Below are positions 8,737 to 17,055 of a stretch of DNA of 64,000 nt, in pieces; position 1 is the first letter of the stretch, and each line of letters begins with the position of its first letter. The position numbers and the translations under genes are program-made. The notes beneath the pieces were generated by a model. It worked only from the letters and a program-made list of their open reading frames with translations, did no database searches and was not told where the DNA came from. Location: NCBI GenBank assembly GCA_965140345.1, contig OZ223197.1:79481-143480 (forward strand). The letters run 5' to 3'. The DNA is from Candidatus Kapaibacterium sp. Lineage in GTDB: Bacteria; Bacteroidota; Ignavibacteria; Kapaibacteriales; UBA2268.

Positions 8737-9866
8737 TAAACAAGGCAATAAATATTACTATCATACTCGCAACTCTTTTGGTAATGCTGTTTTTACCTCT
8801 TGAGTTATCTGCTGCGCGCATAAAGGATATTGCCAGCATAGAAGGTAATTCTCACGTACAGGTTATTGGCTACGGCTTAGTTACCGGGCTTAACCAGTCA
8901 GGAGATAATCAACAGACCTCCTATACTGTGCAATCTGTATCCAATATGCTTAAACGTTTCGGTCTTACTATCCCCAAAAACAATCCAAGAGTTAGAAACG
9001 TAGCAGCAGTAATGGTAACGGCAAATATCCCTGCCTTCTCCAATCGTGGTGCAAAAATCGATGTAGTAGTTTCATCCATTGGTGATGCAACTTCTCTACA
9101 GGGCGGGGTTTTGCTTATGACTCCAATCTCGATGAGTAACGGAACTATAGTTGGTATGGCTCAAGGGCCTGTCTCAATAGGTGGTTTTGACTATAGAGCT
9201 CTTGGATCAATGGTAAGTAAAAACTCCACTACAACAGGCAGAGTGCCCAATGGTCTAATTTTGGAAATGCAGATGGATAGTGAGGTGATTACTAACCAGC
9301 AGGTGAATATTAGCCTCAAAGAACCAGATTTTACTACTGCCACTATCATAGCAAATGCAATCAATAATGCTGCATTAGCAGGGTTGGATGCAGGTGCTGC
9401 AAAGGTAATTGATCCGGGAACAGTGCAAGTGCAACTTCCTGCAAATCAAGATGTTGCAGAATCTATGCAAACTTTGGCAGCTATAGAAACTATAGATAAT
9501 ATTCAATCTGATCCTATCGCTAAGGTCGTTATAAATGAAAGGACTGGCACAGTAGTTGTCGGAGGTAATGTAGAGCTTTTACCTGCGACTATTGCTCACG
9601 GTGGTTTAGAAATCACTATAGAAAAACAAGTGTTGGTGCCGCAACCGGCCCCTTTCACAATAAGACCACCACAACCTGCCGAAACTGCAGAAATATCTGC
9701 AGAAGAGGAAGTCAAAAAAGCAATAGCTATCGATGGTGTAGGTGCTAATGTACAGGATATGTCAAATGCTCTTAATTTACTTGAAGTAAGACCGAGAGAT
9801 CTAATTGCCATATTCCAGGCACTCAAAGAAGCAGGCTCATTGCAAGGTGAACTAATTATCCAGTAG
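8733..9866 (+). CDS. flgI: Flagellar P-ring protein FlgI
   Basis: Signal peptide then RIKDIASIEGNSHVQVIGYGLVTGLNQSGDN...AAVMVTANIPAFSNRGAKIDVVVSSIGDATSLQGGVLLMTPI (FlgI signature). Confidence 0.9.
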   Translation: MINKAINITIILATLLVMLFLPLELSAARIKDIASIEGNSHVQVIGYGLVTGLNQSGDNQQTSYTVQSVSNMLKRFGLTIPKNNPRVRNVAAVMVTANIPAFSNRGAKIDVVVSSIGDATSLQGGVLLMTPISMSNGTIVGMAQGPVSIGGFDYRALGSMVSKNSTTTGRVPNGLILEMQMDSEVITNQQVNISLKEPDFTTATIIANAINNAALAGLDAGAAKVIDPGTVQVQLPANQDVAESMQTLAAIETIDNIQSDPIAKVVINERTGTVVVGGNVELLPATIAHGGLEITIEKQVLVPQPAPFTIRPPQPAETAEISAEEEVKKAIAIDGVGANVQDMSNALNLLEVRPRDLIAIFQALKEAGSLQGELIIQ

Positions 9867-9870
9867 AACA

Positions 9871-10752
9871 ATGAATGTTACTGAATTAAATAATCTGTCT
9901 AACGGCGAATCCTTATTCAAATCTAAGCTGAATCAGCTTAGTGGAGTAAAATCTATTTCTGTAAAAAGAGATTTGAGCAAAGAGGAGAGAGCACAGTACG
10001 AAAAAGCAGCTCGTGGCTTTGAATCTATGTTTGTTAATATGCTTATCAAACAAATGAAAAGCTCAATGCTGGAAGATAAAAAAGAAGAAACAACATTCGG
10101 CGCGGATACATTAGGTGGTTATACTGACATGCTTCTATCAGATGATATTTCTAAAACCGGAAAAGGTATCGGTATCGCTGAGATGGTTTTTAAACAACTA
10201 ACAGGCGGTCAGGAAATCAGTAATATAACAAACTCTGTAGAGGGATATTCTGATTTAATTAGACATAATTCAATTCCGATCTTTGAAGAACAATCAGAAG
10301 CCAAAGAAGTAAATAAAGTAGTAAAGACTCTAAGTTCAAATAGCTTGAGTGACAGAATAGAACAATATATGCCGATAATTCAAGATGCGGCAAGTAAATT
10401 TGGTATATCGGAAAATTTGATAAAAAGTGTTATTAGAACCGAGTCTGCAGGCAAACATGACGCTGTTTCACCGGTTGGTGCAAAAGGTCTTATGCAGCTG
10501 ATGGATGGGACTGCAAGTGACATGGGAGTAGAAGACTCTTTCGATCCTAAGCAAAATATTATGGGTGGAGCAAAATACTTAAAATATTTGATGGATCGTT
10601 TTGAAAATGACACTGAAACTGCACTAGCTGCATATAATGCAGGTCCGGGCAATGTTGAGAAGTATGGAGGAATTCCTCCTTTCAACGAAACACAAAATTA
10701 TGTAAAAAAAGTGCTTAATTATCTCGGTAAATATGACGAGAACTTAAAGTAG
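9871..10752 (+). CDS. flgJ: FlgJ-like protein: N-terminal rod-binding domain fused to C-terminal SLT-family lytic transglycosylase
   Basis: Rod-binding motif EKAARGFESMFVNMLIKQMKSS near N-terminus; SLT domain ES(A)G motif IRTESAGKHDAVSPVGAKGLMQLMDGTASD and AYNAGPGNVEKYGGIPPFNETQNYVKKV at C-terminus. Confidence 0.8.
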   Translation: MNVTELNNLSNGESLFKSKLNQLSGVKSISVKRDLSKEERAQYEKAARGFESMFVNMLIKQMKSSMLEDKKEETTFGADTLGGYTDMLLSDDISKTGKGIGIAEMVFKQLTGGQEISNITNSVEGYSDLIRHNSIPIFEEQSEAKEVNKVVKTLSSNSLSDRIEQYMPIIQDAASKFGISENLIKSVIRTESAGKHDAVSPVGAKGLMQLMDGTASDMGVEDSFDPKQNIMGGAKYLKYLMDRFENDTETALAAYNAGPGNVEKYGGIPPFNETQNYVKKVLNYLGKYDENLK

Positions 10753-10761
10753 GGAGTAACC

Positions 10762-11199
10762 ATGCTGACACAACTATTTACATATTTAAAATACGAGCAG
10801 CAATTACTCGAGCAGCTTATATCTTATGCCCAAGAGCAGCAGGAAGCGTTGGTTAAGATTGATATAGAAAAAGTTGCAAGCACTGCGGAGCTTCAAAATG
10901 AAGCTTTGAAATTGCTGAGAAGTGCTGAAAATCAGAGAATAAAACTGACGCAGAACTGGTTAAAAATCTCCAGAACATCTGCTATGCAAATGAAAATGTC
11001 TGATTTAGTGAAACATTTTCAAGGCGAAGAACTTAAGGAATTATCTGCACTTAAGGAATATATGCAGATATTAACTGATAGATTGAAAAAAATCAATATG
11101 GATAATAGAATTTTATCCAACAGAGCAAGACGCAGTTTCGCTGAATTTTTGGAAGTATTCAGAGAAAACCAGAAACACGTCTGTAATGTTACGGTTTAA
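10762..11199 (+). CDS. flgN: FlgN-like flagellar export chaperone
   Basis: Leu/Gln-rich coiled-coil N-terminus MLTQLFTYLKYEQQLLEQLISYAQEQQEALVKIDIEKV...LLRSAENQRIKL resembles FlgN family; located just before flgK. Confidence 0.6.
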   Translation: MLTQLFTYLKYEQQLLEQLISYAQEQQEALVKIDIEKVASTAELQNEALKLLRSAENQRIKLTQNWLKISRTSAMQMKMSDLVKHFQGEELKELSALKEYMQILTDRLKKINMDNRILSNRARRSFAEFLEVFRENQKHVCNVTV

Positions 11200-11228
11200 A
11201 GGACTAAGCAAGGTACAAGGAGGTACTA

Positions 11229-11582
11229 ATGAGTTCACCTAAAAGCATAACAAGCACAAATGTATGGCAGATTACTGACATATTTGTGCGCTCAATCAAT
11301 GAATTAACAGAAAGCATTCCTGCTTCCGAAATATACGGAGTAAAAGTTAGATTAAATGAATGCGCTAACTCAGTTCCAAAAAGTTTGGAAGAGGGAATGA
11401 AACAAAGCAAGAGAATCGAAAGGATTCGCTCACTTATCAAAGCAACAGGCTTTTTAGATGAATGCAAAGACTATTTGAATTTGATCAATAAATTGAAATA
11501 TTCAGATACAAATAATTTGTTATCAATGGCTGATGAGATTTCTGAAGTAATAAAAGAGCATCAGTTCACAGGTTTTAATTGA
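11229..11582 (+). CDS. Hypothetical protein between flgN-like gene and flgK (possible flagellar accessory factor)
   Basis: 117-aa ORF with RBS-like AAGGAGG upstream; no recognisable motif. Confidence 0.45.
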   Translation: MSSPKSITSTNVWQITDIFVRSINELTESIPASEIYGVKVRLNECANSVPKSLEEGMKQSKRIERIRSLIKATGFLDECKDYLNLINKLKYSDTNNLLSMADEISEVIKEHQFTGFN

Positions 11583-11626
11583 GATTAAAGATACTGCCAG
11601 GATGGCACTAAAACGAAAGGAATTCT

Positions 11627-13069
11627 ATGAGTAGCTTTTCTTCATTAGAGATAGGCAAAAGGGCACTGCTTGCTCAAAAATTCGGGTTAGATGTTACTTC
11701 TAATAACATAGCTAACATTAATACTGTTGGTTATTCCCGAAGACAAGCTGTTATGTCTGAAACCACTCCTGTTAACATTTCCGGCCAATTCCTTGGCACA
11801 GGTGTTATCACGGATAATTTACGCTCTTTTAGAAGTGAAATGCAAGACAAAGAAATTCGTAACAATACCTCAAGAAATGCAGGCTACGAACTGCAGGAAT
11901 CCTTGCTCACAAGATTAGAATCAATACTTGCTGAACCGTCTGATAACGGACTTAGCGAGCTGACTACTTCCTTTTTTAATACTTTTGATGAAATCTCAAC
12001 TAATCCACATGATACTGCGCTTAGAGATCACCTCCTAGACACAGCAAAACAGCTGACTGATAGATTCAATCTTACTGCTAAACAAATAGTAGATATGAGA
12101 GATGATGTGCGAAGCAATATAGAATCTGATGTAAGCAACATCAACCATTTACTTAAAGATATTGCAGAGCTAAACAGATCTATCGGATTGACTAAAGCAG
12201 AAACCAGCATTGAGGCTCAAACCTATGTGGACGAAAGAGAAGTTAAGTTAGAGAAGCTATCTAAATATGCTAATATTCATCTCGGGACAAATGATAATGG
12301 TTCAGTAAATGTGTTTATGAACGGTATTAATGTTATAACTGATACCATGTACAATGAAGTAAAAGCACAGGAATCATTGAACTCTGCTACCGGCGAAAGA
12401 ACTATTACAATAATCTCTTCCGACTTGCAGGGTAATCATCCTGAAAATTTGGATTTGCAGAATGGTGAGCTTGCTACTAAACTTAAGATCTATAATGAAA
12501 CTTTAGATGATAATGATAGCAGCTCCGGTTATTCAGTTGCAAAAAAATTAGATGAATATGCAAATGGAATAGTTCAGCAGGTAAATGCATTAATGAATAC
12601 CGGTTTTGGTTTGAATGATACAGGCACTACTCCTCCGGGAAGAAATTTCTTTGAGCCGGTTGTTGGTAATGCAAAAGCCATCAATATAAGAGTTTCTGAT
12701 GATGTATGGAACAAACCTGATGATATACCTCTATCTGATGTTGCCGGAGAAGATGGTAATAACAGTATAGCTCTGCAGATTGCTAGGCTAAGTTCTAATG
12801 AAAGCTTCATTGGAGATAGTACACCTACTGAGTTTTATGCTACTATATTAAATAAAATTGGTAACATGGGCAAAGAAGCTAAAAGTGGAAGACAAACTAC
12901 CCAGCTTATAGGTCAGCAACTTGAAACACAAAGAGAATCTATAATCGGTGTGAATCTCGATGAAGAGGCTATTTCTTTAGTAAAATTCCAAAAGGCATTC
13001 GAAGCATCATCCCGTATTGTAAATGTAACGGATGAAATACTTTCAACAATTGTAAACTTAGGCAGATAG
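11627..13069 (+). CDS. flgK: Flagellar hook-associated protein 1 FlgK
   Basis: MSSFSSLEIGKRALLAQKFGLDVTSNNIANINTVGYSRR N-terminus and C-terminal LDEEAISLVKFQKAFEASSRIVNVTDEILSTIVNL. Confidence 0.9.
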   Translation: MSSFSSLEIGKRALLAQKFGLDVTSNNIANINTVGYSRRQAVMSETTPVNISGQFLGTGVITDNLRSFRSEMQDKEIRNNTSRNAGYELQESLLTRLESILAEPSDNGLSELTTSFFNTFDEISTNPHDTALRDHLLDTAKQLTDRFNLTAKQIVDMRDDVRSNIESDVSNINHLLKDIAELNRSIGLTKAETSIEAQTYVDEREVKLEKLSKYANIHLGTNDNGSVNVFMNGINVITDTMYNEVKAQESLNSATGERTITIISSDLQGNHPENLDLQNGELATKLKIYNETLDDNDSSSGYSVAKKLDEYANGIVQQVNALMNTGFGLNDTGTTPPGRNFFEPVVGNAKAINIRVSDDVWNKPDDIPLSDVAGEDGNNSIALQIARLSSNESFIGDSTPTEFYATILNKIGNMGKEAKSGRQTTQLIGQQLETQRESIIGVNLDEEAISLVKFQKAFEASSRIVNVTDEILSTIVNLGR

Positions 13070-13082
13070 GAGGTATTAAAAA

Positions 13083-14078
13083 ATGAGAGTTACCTCTAAT
13101 TCTTCATATATTGGATTTGGAAATAACATCAGCAGAGTACAGGAAGAAAAGTATCGAGCTGAAATCCAAACATCTACAGGTCAGGCACTAATAACAATGG
13201 CTGATGATCCGGAAGCTATGATTGATATCAAAAAGCTAACTAACCGTATGTCTGAAAATGATCAGTATATCCGGGTTAATGATAAAGCAATCGGTGAGCT
13301 TTATGCTGTAGATGAATCAATAACAGCAATATCTAATCATCTTAATAATATCAGAGATTTAGCAGTTGATGGTTCAAAAACCGGCAATCTCGGGAATCTA
13401 CAAACTTTAGGTATATATATTCGCGGTTTGCTGGACGATATAGTCAAAGAATCAAATGCAGAATTTAACGGAAATTATCTTTTCTCCGGCAACAAAACAA
13501 CTCCTGAATCTTTAGATCGCACTCCTCCGGCAGAAAATAATATGCCATTTGAATTAGTTGAAGGTGAGCCAACGGAAGATAATCCTTCCGGATTGACAGT
13601 GGTTTTTAAAGGGAACTTCAAAGAAAGAATGATCAATAAAGATGTTCAAACACAAGAGCAGGTAAATACTACTCCGGATAAAATGTTTGGCAGCGAAGGC
13701 ACAGAAATGTTTGATTCTATCATAAATCTATATAATCTATTTGCTTATAATGAAAATGGTGGATTGCGTGAGAAAGATGATACTTTCAATAAAGCTGATA
13801 TAGGTTTACTGGATCAATTTCAAAGAGAAATTGCTGAATTTAATGAGAAAATTATTGATCAAGCAGGAAGAAACGGTTCTAAAATCAATAGAATAGAACA
13901 GGGCGTTATGCTTCTTAAAGAAGAAAATACGAGATTAAATGCCTTCAAATCTGAATCAAACGATACTGATATCGCTGAAGCAACCATTAATCTGAAAAAA
14001 AACGAAATTGCTCTTCAATACGCCTTACAAATAGGAGCTAAAATCTCTCAAAATACTTTATTTGATTTTCTCAGATAA
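13083..14078 (+). CDS. flgL: Flagellar hook-associated protein 3 FlgL (flagellin-fold)
   Basis: MRVTSNSSY... flagellin-like N-terminus; C-terminal INLKKNEIALQYALQIGAKISQNTLFDFL; position after flgK. Confidence 0.85.
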   Translation: MRVTSNSSYIGFGNNISRVQEEKYRAEIQTSTGQALITMADDPEAMIDIKKLTNRMSENDQYIRVNDKAIGELYAVDESITAISNHLNNIRDLAVDGSKTGNLGNLQTLGIYIRGLLDDIVKESNAEFNGNYLFSGNKTTPESLDRTPPAENNMPFELVEGEPTEDNPSGLTVVFKGNFKERMINKDVQTQEQVNTTPDKMFGSEGTEMFDSIINLYNLFAYNENGGLREKDDTFNKADIGLLDQFQREIAEFNEKIIDQAGRNGSKINRIEQGVMLLKEENTRLNAFKSESNDTDIAEATINLKKNEIALQYALQIGAKISQNTLFDFLR

Positions 14079-14096
14079 TACCAATAAATTGCCTAT

Positions 14097-14927
14097 ATGA
14101 AAATCAGCACAATCATAGGTGTTATCGTCGGTTTTGTGGCGATATTCGGAGGTTACTTATTGGAAGGCGGAACTTTTGATTCGCTTTTCATGTTGCCTGC
14201 TATGCTTATTGTTTTTGGTGGCACACTTGCCGCAGGAACAGCAGCCACTTCTCTTGAGCAAATGTTTAGAATTCCTACCCTTTTTAAAATTGCATTTGTT
14301 CCTCCAAAATATGATTTGGAAGCAATCATCAATCAGATTGTATTTTTTGCGGGAGTGGCAAGAAGAGAAGGTATTTTATCTTTAGAAGACCGATTAGATC
14401 AAGTCAAACATCCTTATTTAAAAAAACTATTTGAAATTAGTATTGATGGTACAGATCCTGAAATACTCCAAACAATAGTAGAAAATGAAATGCAGTATAT
14501 CACCGAAAGACATGAGCAAAACATTGGTTTATTTATGAAACTTGGTGGATATAGCCCTACAATGGGTATTATTGGTACTGTAATGGGATTGATCGCTACA
14601 CTTGCTGCGGCTGGTGAAGACGTAACGGAATTAGTAAGGCATATCTCTACTGCATTTATTGCTACAATGTGGGGTATTCTTATGGCTAATATAGTTTGGC
14701 TTCCTGTGGGCGATAAACTACGCAAAATTCACGAAGATGAGATGTACATCATGCAAGTGATGCTTGAAGGTGTGCATTCAGTTCAGCTTGGTGAAACTCC
14801 GTCAGTAATCCGAAATAAACTAATCAGTGCTTTTCCTCTATCTACTCAGCAGAAATTACTTAAAGGAAATATGGATGTTCTACGTCAAGATATACCTACA
14901 AAGACGGATAACGAACAAACTAATTAA
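14097..14927 (+). CDS. motA: Flagellar stator protein MotA/PomA (MotA/TolQ/ExbB proton-channel family)
   Basis: N-terminal TM MKISTIIGVIVGFVAIFGGYLLEGG, plug/cytoplasmic loop, C-terminal TMs MGIIGTVMGLIATLAAAGEDVTELVRHISTAFIATMWGILMANIVWLPVGDKL; adjacent to flgL. Confidence 0.85.
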   Translation: MKISTIIGVIVGFVAIFGGYLLEGGTFDSLFMLPAMLIVFGGTLAAGTAATSLEQMFRIPTLFKIAFVPPKYDLEAIINQIVFFAGVARREGILSLEDRLDQVKHPYLKKLFEISIDGTDPEILQTIVENEMQYITERHEQNIGLFMKLGGYSPTMGIIGTVMGLIATLAAAGEDVTELVRHISTAFIATMWGILMANIVWLPVGDKLRKIHEDEMYIMQVMLEGVHSVQLGETPSVIRNKLISAFPLSTQQKLLKGNMDVLRQDIPTKTDNEQTN

Positions 14928-14936
14928 TGAGGAAAA

Positions 14937-15479
14937 ATGATGAAGAAGATTCTATTAGTGTTGATAATGAGTATGGCATTCCTATCAACACCGGCAAAAG
15001 CTGCGTATAACAACAATATTTCAGCGGATCCATTCTCCCTAATTAACTGGGGAAGGTTTAATATAACCTATGAGCATAAAGTAAGTAGAATTAATTCTTT
15101 TACTGTGTTTTTTGAGTCATATAACAAAGACTATCACAAATACTGGAACGGGTATGGTATAGGTGGTTCGTACAGGTGGTATATTTCTCCATTCAATGAT
15201 CGCAAAACAAGTTTAGAAGGTTTTTCTTTTGGACCTTTAGCAATTTTATCTTTCTGGAATACTGATGGTTATTATAGAAAAGTAGGCAAGAATAATGTAT
15301 TCTATAAAGATGGAACGGGTTCAGCTCTAACAATAGGTGGTGAAGCTGCTTACAAATGGGTATGGGGTGGATTTTCTCTTGAACCATCAATTGTTCTCCT
15401 GTTGGATGTTAAAGGAGTAGACGACAGAGGTGATATAGATCCTCTAAGCTTGAATGTAAAAATTGGCTATGCCTGGTAG
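14937..15479 (+). CDS. Small secreted protein, probable outer-membrane beta-barrel (C-terminal aromatic residue)
   Basis: Signal peptide MMKKILLVLIMSMAFLSTPAKA; alternating amphipathic strands rich in Y/W/G; ends KIGYAW; no OmpA/MotB peptidoglycan-binding motif. Confidence 0.55.
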   Translation: MMKKILLVLIMSMAFLSTPAKAAYNNNISADPFSLINWGRFNITYEHKVSRINSFTVFFESYNKDYHKYWNGYGIGGSYRWYISPFNDRKTSLEGFSFGPLAILSFWNTDGYYRKVGKNNVFYKDGTGSALTIGGEAAYKWVWGGFSLEPSIVLLLDVKGVDDRGDIDPLSLNVKIGYAW

Positions 15480-15501
15480 AAATATAGATGATTTGCTATT
15501 T

Positions 15502-15537
15502 AGCCCAATTGAACCTCAATTCTCTTGGGCTTTTTTG
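15502..15537 (+). terminator. Rho-independent terminator after the flagellar/motA operon
   Basis: Stem AGCCCAA...TTGGGCT followed by T6 run immediately downstream of ORF stop at 15479. Confidence 0.55.
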
Positions 15538-15670
15538 TTGACAAAAATCGTTTGTTGAGTTCAATTTCCTCTTATCCTTTTATTATCACTCCAAAAATGA
15601 TTATTTTGCGTAGTTCAAAAAGTGGTTGTTTTATAAGTGAAAATACAATTAATATTACAGCAACTACCAC

Positions 15671-15826
15671 GCCCTTCGGGCACCTCTTTACTTCGGCTAG
15701 GCTCAGCACATCGCTTGAAAAGAAGGGGAATGTTTAGAGTAGTTGTAGTATCGCTTTAGTATTTATTAGATAATTAGCTTAAAGAATTCCCCTCTTTGAA
15801 AAGAGGGGTGGCACATCGAAGATGTG
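15671..15826. other. Structured non-coding region: UUCG-tetraloop hairpin plus two tandem hairpins
   Basis: GCCCttcgGGC (15671..15681), CCCCTCTTtgaaaAGAGGGG (15789..15808) and CACATCgaaGATGTG (15812..15826); 420-bp non-coding gap between operons; the 70-aa ORF 15525..15737 has no coding character. Confidence 0.3.
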
Positions 15827-15956
15827 ACGGGGTGTTTAATACCACAACCTTTAACAACACAGCTCCAATTTTGCTGGCATGTAAATATATTATTGATCTA
15901 TCAGACAGCATAATCTTGAGATTTTATCTAATAAAACTCAAACAGAAAAATCAAGC

Positions 15957-17042
15957 ATGAGTAAAATAAGACTTCAAAATATAAAAAAAGTATATCCAAA
16001 TGGTATCACTGCAGTTAGTGACGCCAATTTTGAGATAAATCAAGGCGAATTCCTGGTACTTGTCGGGCCTTCCGGTTGTGGTAAATCTACAATGCTGCGA
16101 ATGATTGCAGGATTAGAGGAAATTAGCAGCGGAGATCTGTTTTTTGATGACGTCAGAATCAATGATGTTGAACCAAAAAACAGAGATATAGGTATGGTTT
16201 TTCAGAACTATGCATTATATCCTCATAAGACAGTTTTTGAAAATATTGCTTTTCCGCTTAAAGTGAGGAAAACACCAAAAGCTGAAATGAAAAAACGTGT
16301 TACTGAAGTAGCTGAGTCTTTGGAACTGGATGCGCTTCTCAATAGAAAACCTAAGGAACTTTCCGGTGGGCAAAGGCAGCGTGTTGCTCTTGGTCGAGCT
16401 ATTATAAGGAATCCAAAGCTGTTTTTATTCGACGAACCGCTTTCAAATCTAGATGCTAAGCTTAGAGTGCAGATGCGTTCAGAGATTCAACAGCTACATC
16501 GAAATTTGGGAACAACTGCGATTTACGTTACTCATGATCAGGTTGAAGCTATGACTATGGGAAGCCGTTTAGTAGTGATGAATAAAGGTGAAATTCAGCA
16601 AATTGCACCACCACAGGAGCTTTACGACAGACCTGCGAATAAGTTTGTAGCAGGATTTCTTGGAAGTCCACAAATGAATTTCTTTGAAGGTACATTAGAA
16701 TATAAAAACGGTTTGAATTTTAGCGAACCAAACGGACTCAGCTTGGATTTACCCGAAAACATAAACAGCAAAACAAATTCAGCTTCTATGAAAGTGACTT
16801 TGGGGATTCGTCCGGAAGATATTATGCTTGAACAAAAAGCTAATACAATTCAGGTATCACTTAAAGTTGAAAATATAGAATATCTTGGGCATGAACAGCT
16901 TGTATATTTCAGAAGCTCAGGCAACTTGAAATGTTTAAGAACAGAAAACAGCAAATCACTAAAAATTGGTGAAGAATTTAAAGCATTTGTAAATTTAGAC
17001 AAACTGCATTTCTTTGATGAATTAGATAAACGAATAGATTAA
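15957..17042 (+). CDS. ABC transporter ATP-binding protein of the MalK/UgpC/MsmK sugar-import family (no cognate permease adjacent)
   Basis: Walker A GPSGCGKST, signature LSGGQRQRVALGRA, Walker B LFLFDEPLSNLD, H-loop; C-terminal TOBE-like regulatory domain (361 aa). Confidence 0.85.
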   Translation: MSKIRLQNIKKVYPNGITAVSDANFEINQGEFLVLVGPSGCGKSTMLRMIAGLEEISSGDLFFDDVRINDVEPKNRDIGMVFQNYALYPHKTVFENIAFPLKVRKTPKAEMKKRVTEVAESLELDALLNRKPKELSGGQRQRVALGRAIIRNPKLFLFDEPLSNLDAKLRVQMRSEIQQLHRNLGTTAIYVTHDQVEAMTMGSRLVVMNKGEIQQIAPPQELYDRPANKFVAGFLGSPQMNFFEGTLEYKNGLNFSEPNGLSLDLPENINSKTNSASMKVTLGIRPEDIMLEQKANTIQVSLKVENIEYLGHEQLVYFRSSGNLKCLRTENSKSLKIGEEFKAFVNLDKLHFFDELDKRID

Positions 17043-17055
17043 CATCGGTATATAA

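Noticed and set aside
10360-10385. Sigma-28-like -10 element GCCGATAA
   Set aside because: Lies inside the flgJ coding sequence, lacks a properly spaced TAAA -35 element, and has no gene start downstream.
15525-15737. 70-aa ORF in the intergenic region after the motA operon
   Set aside because: No RBS, begins inside the terminator hairpin, and overlaps a GC-rich structured region. It more likely belongs to a non-coding element.
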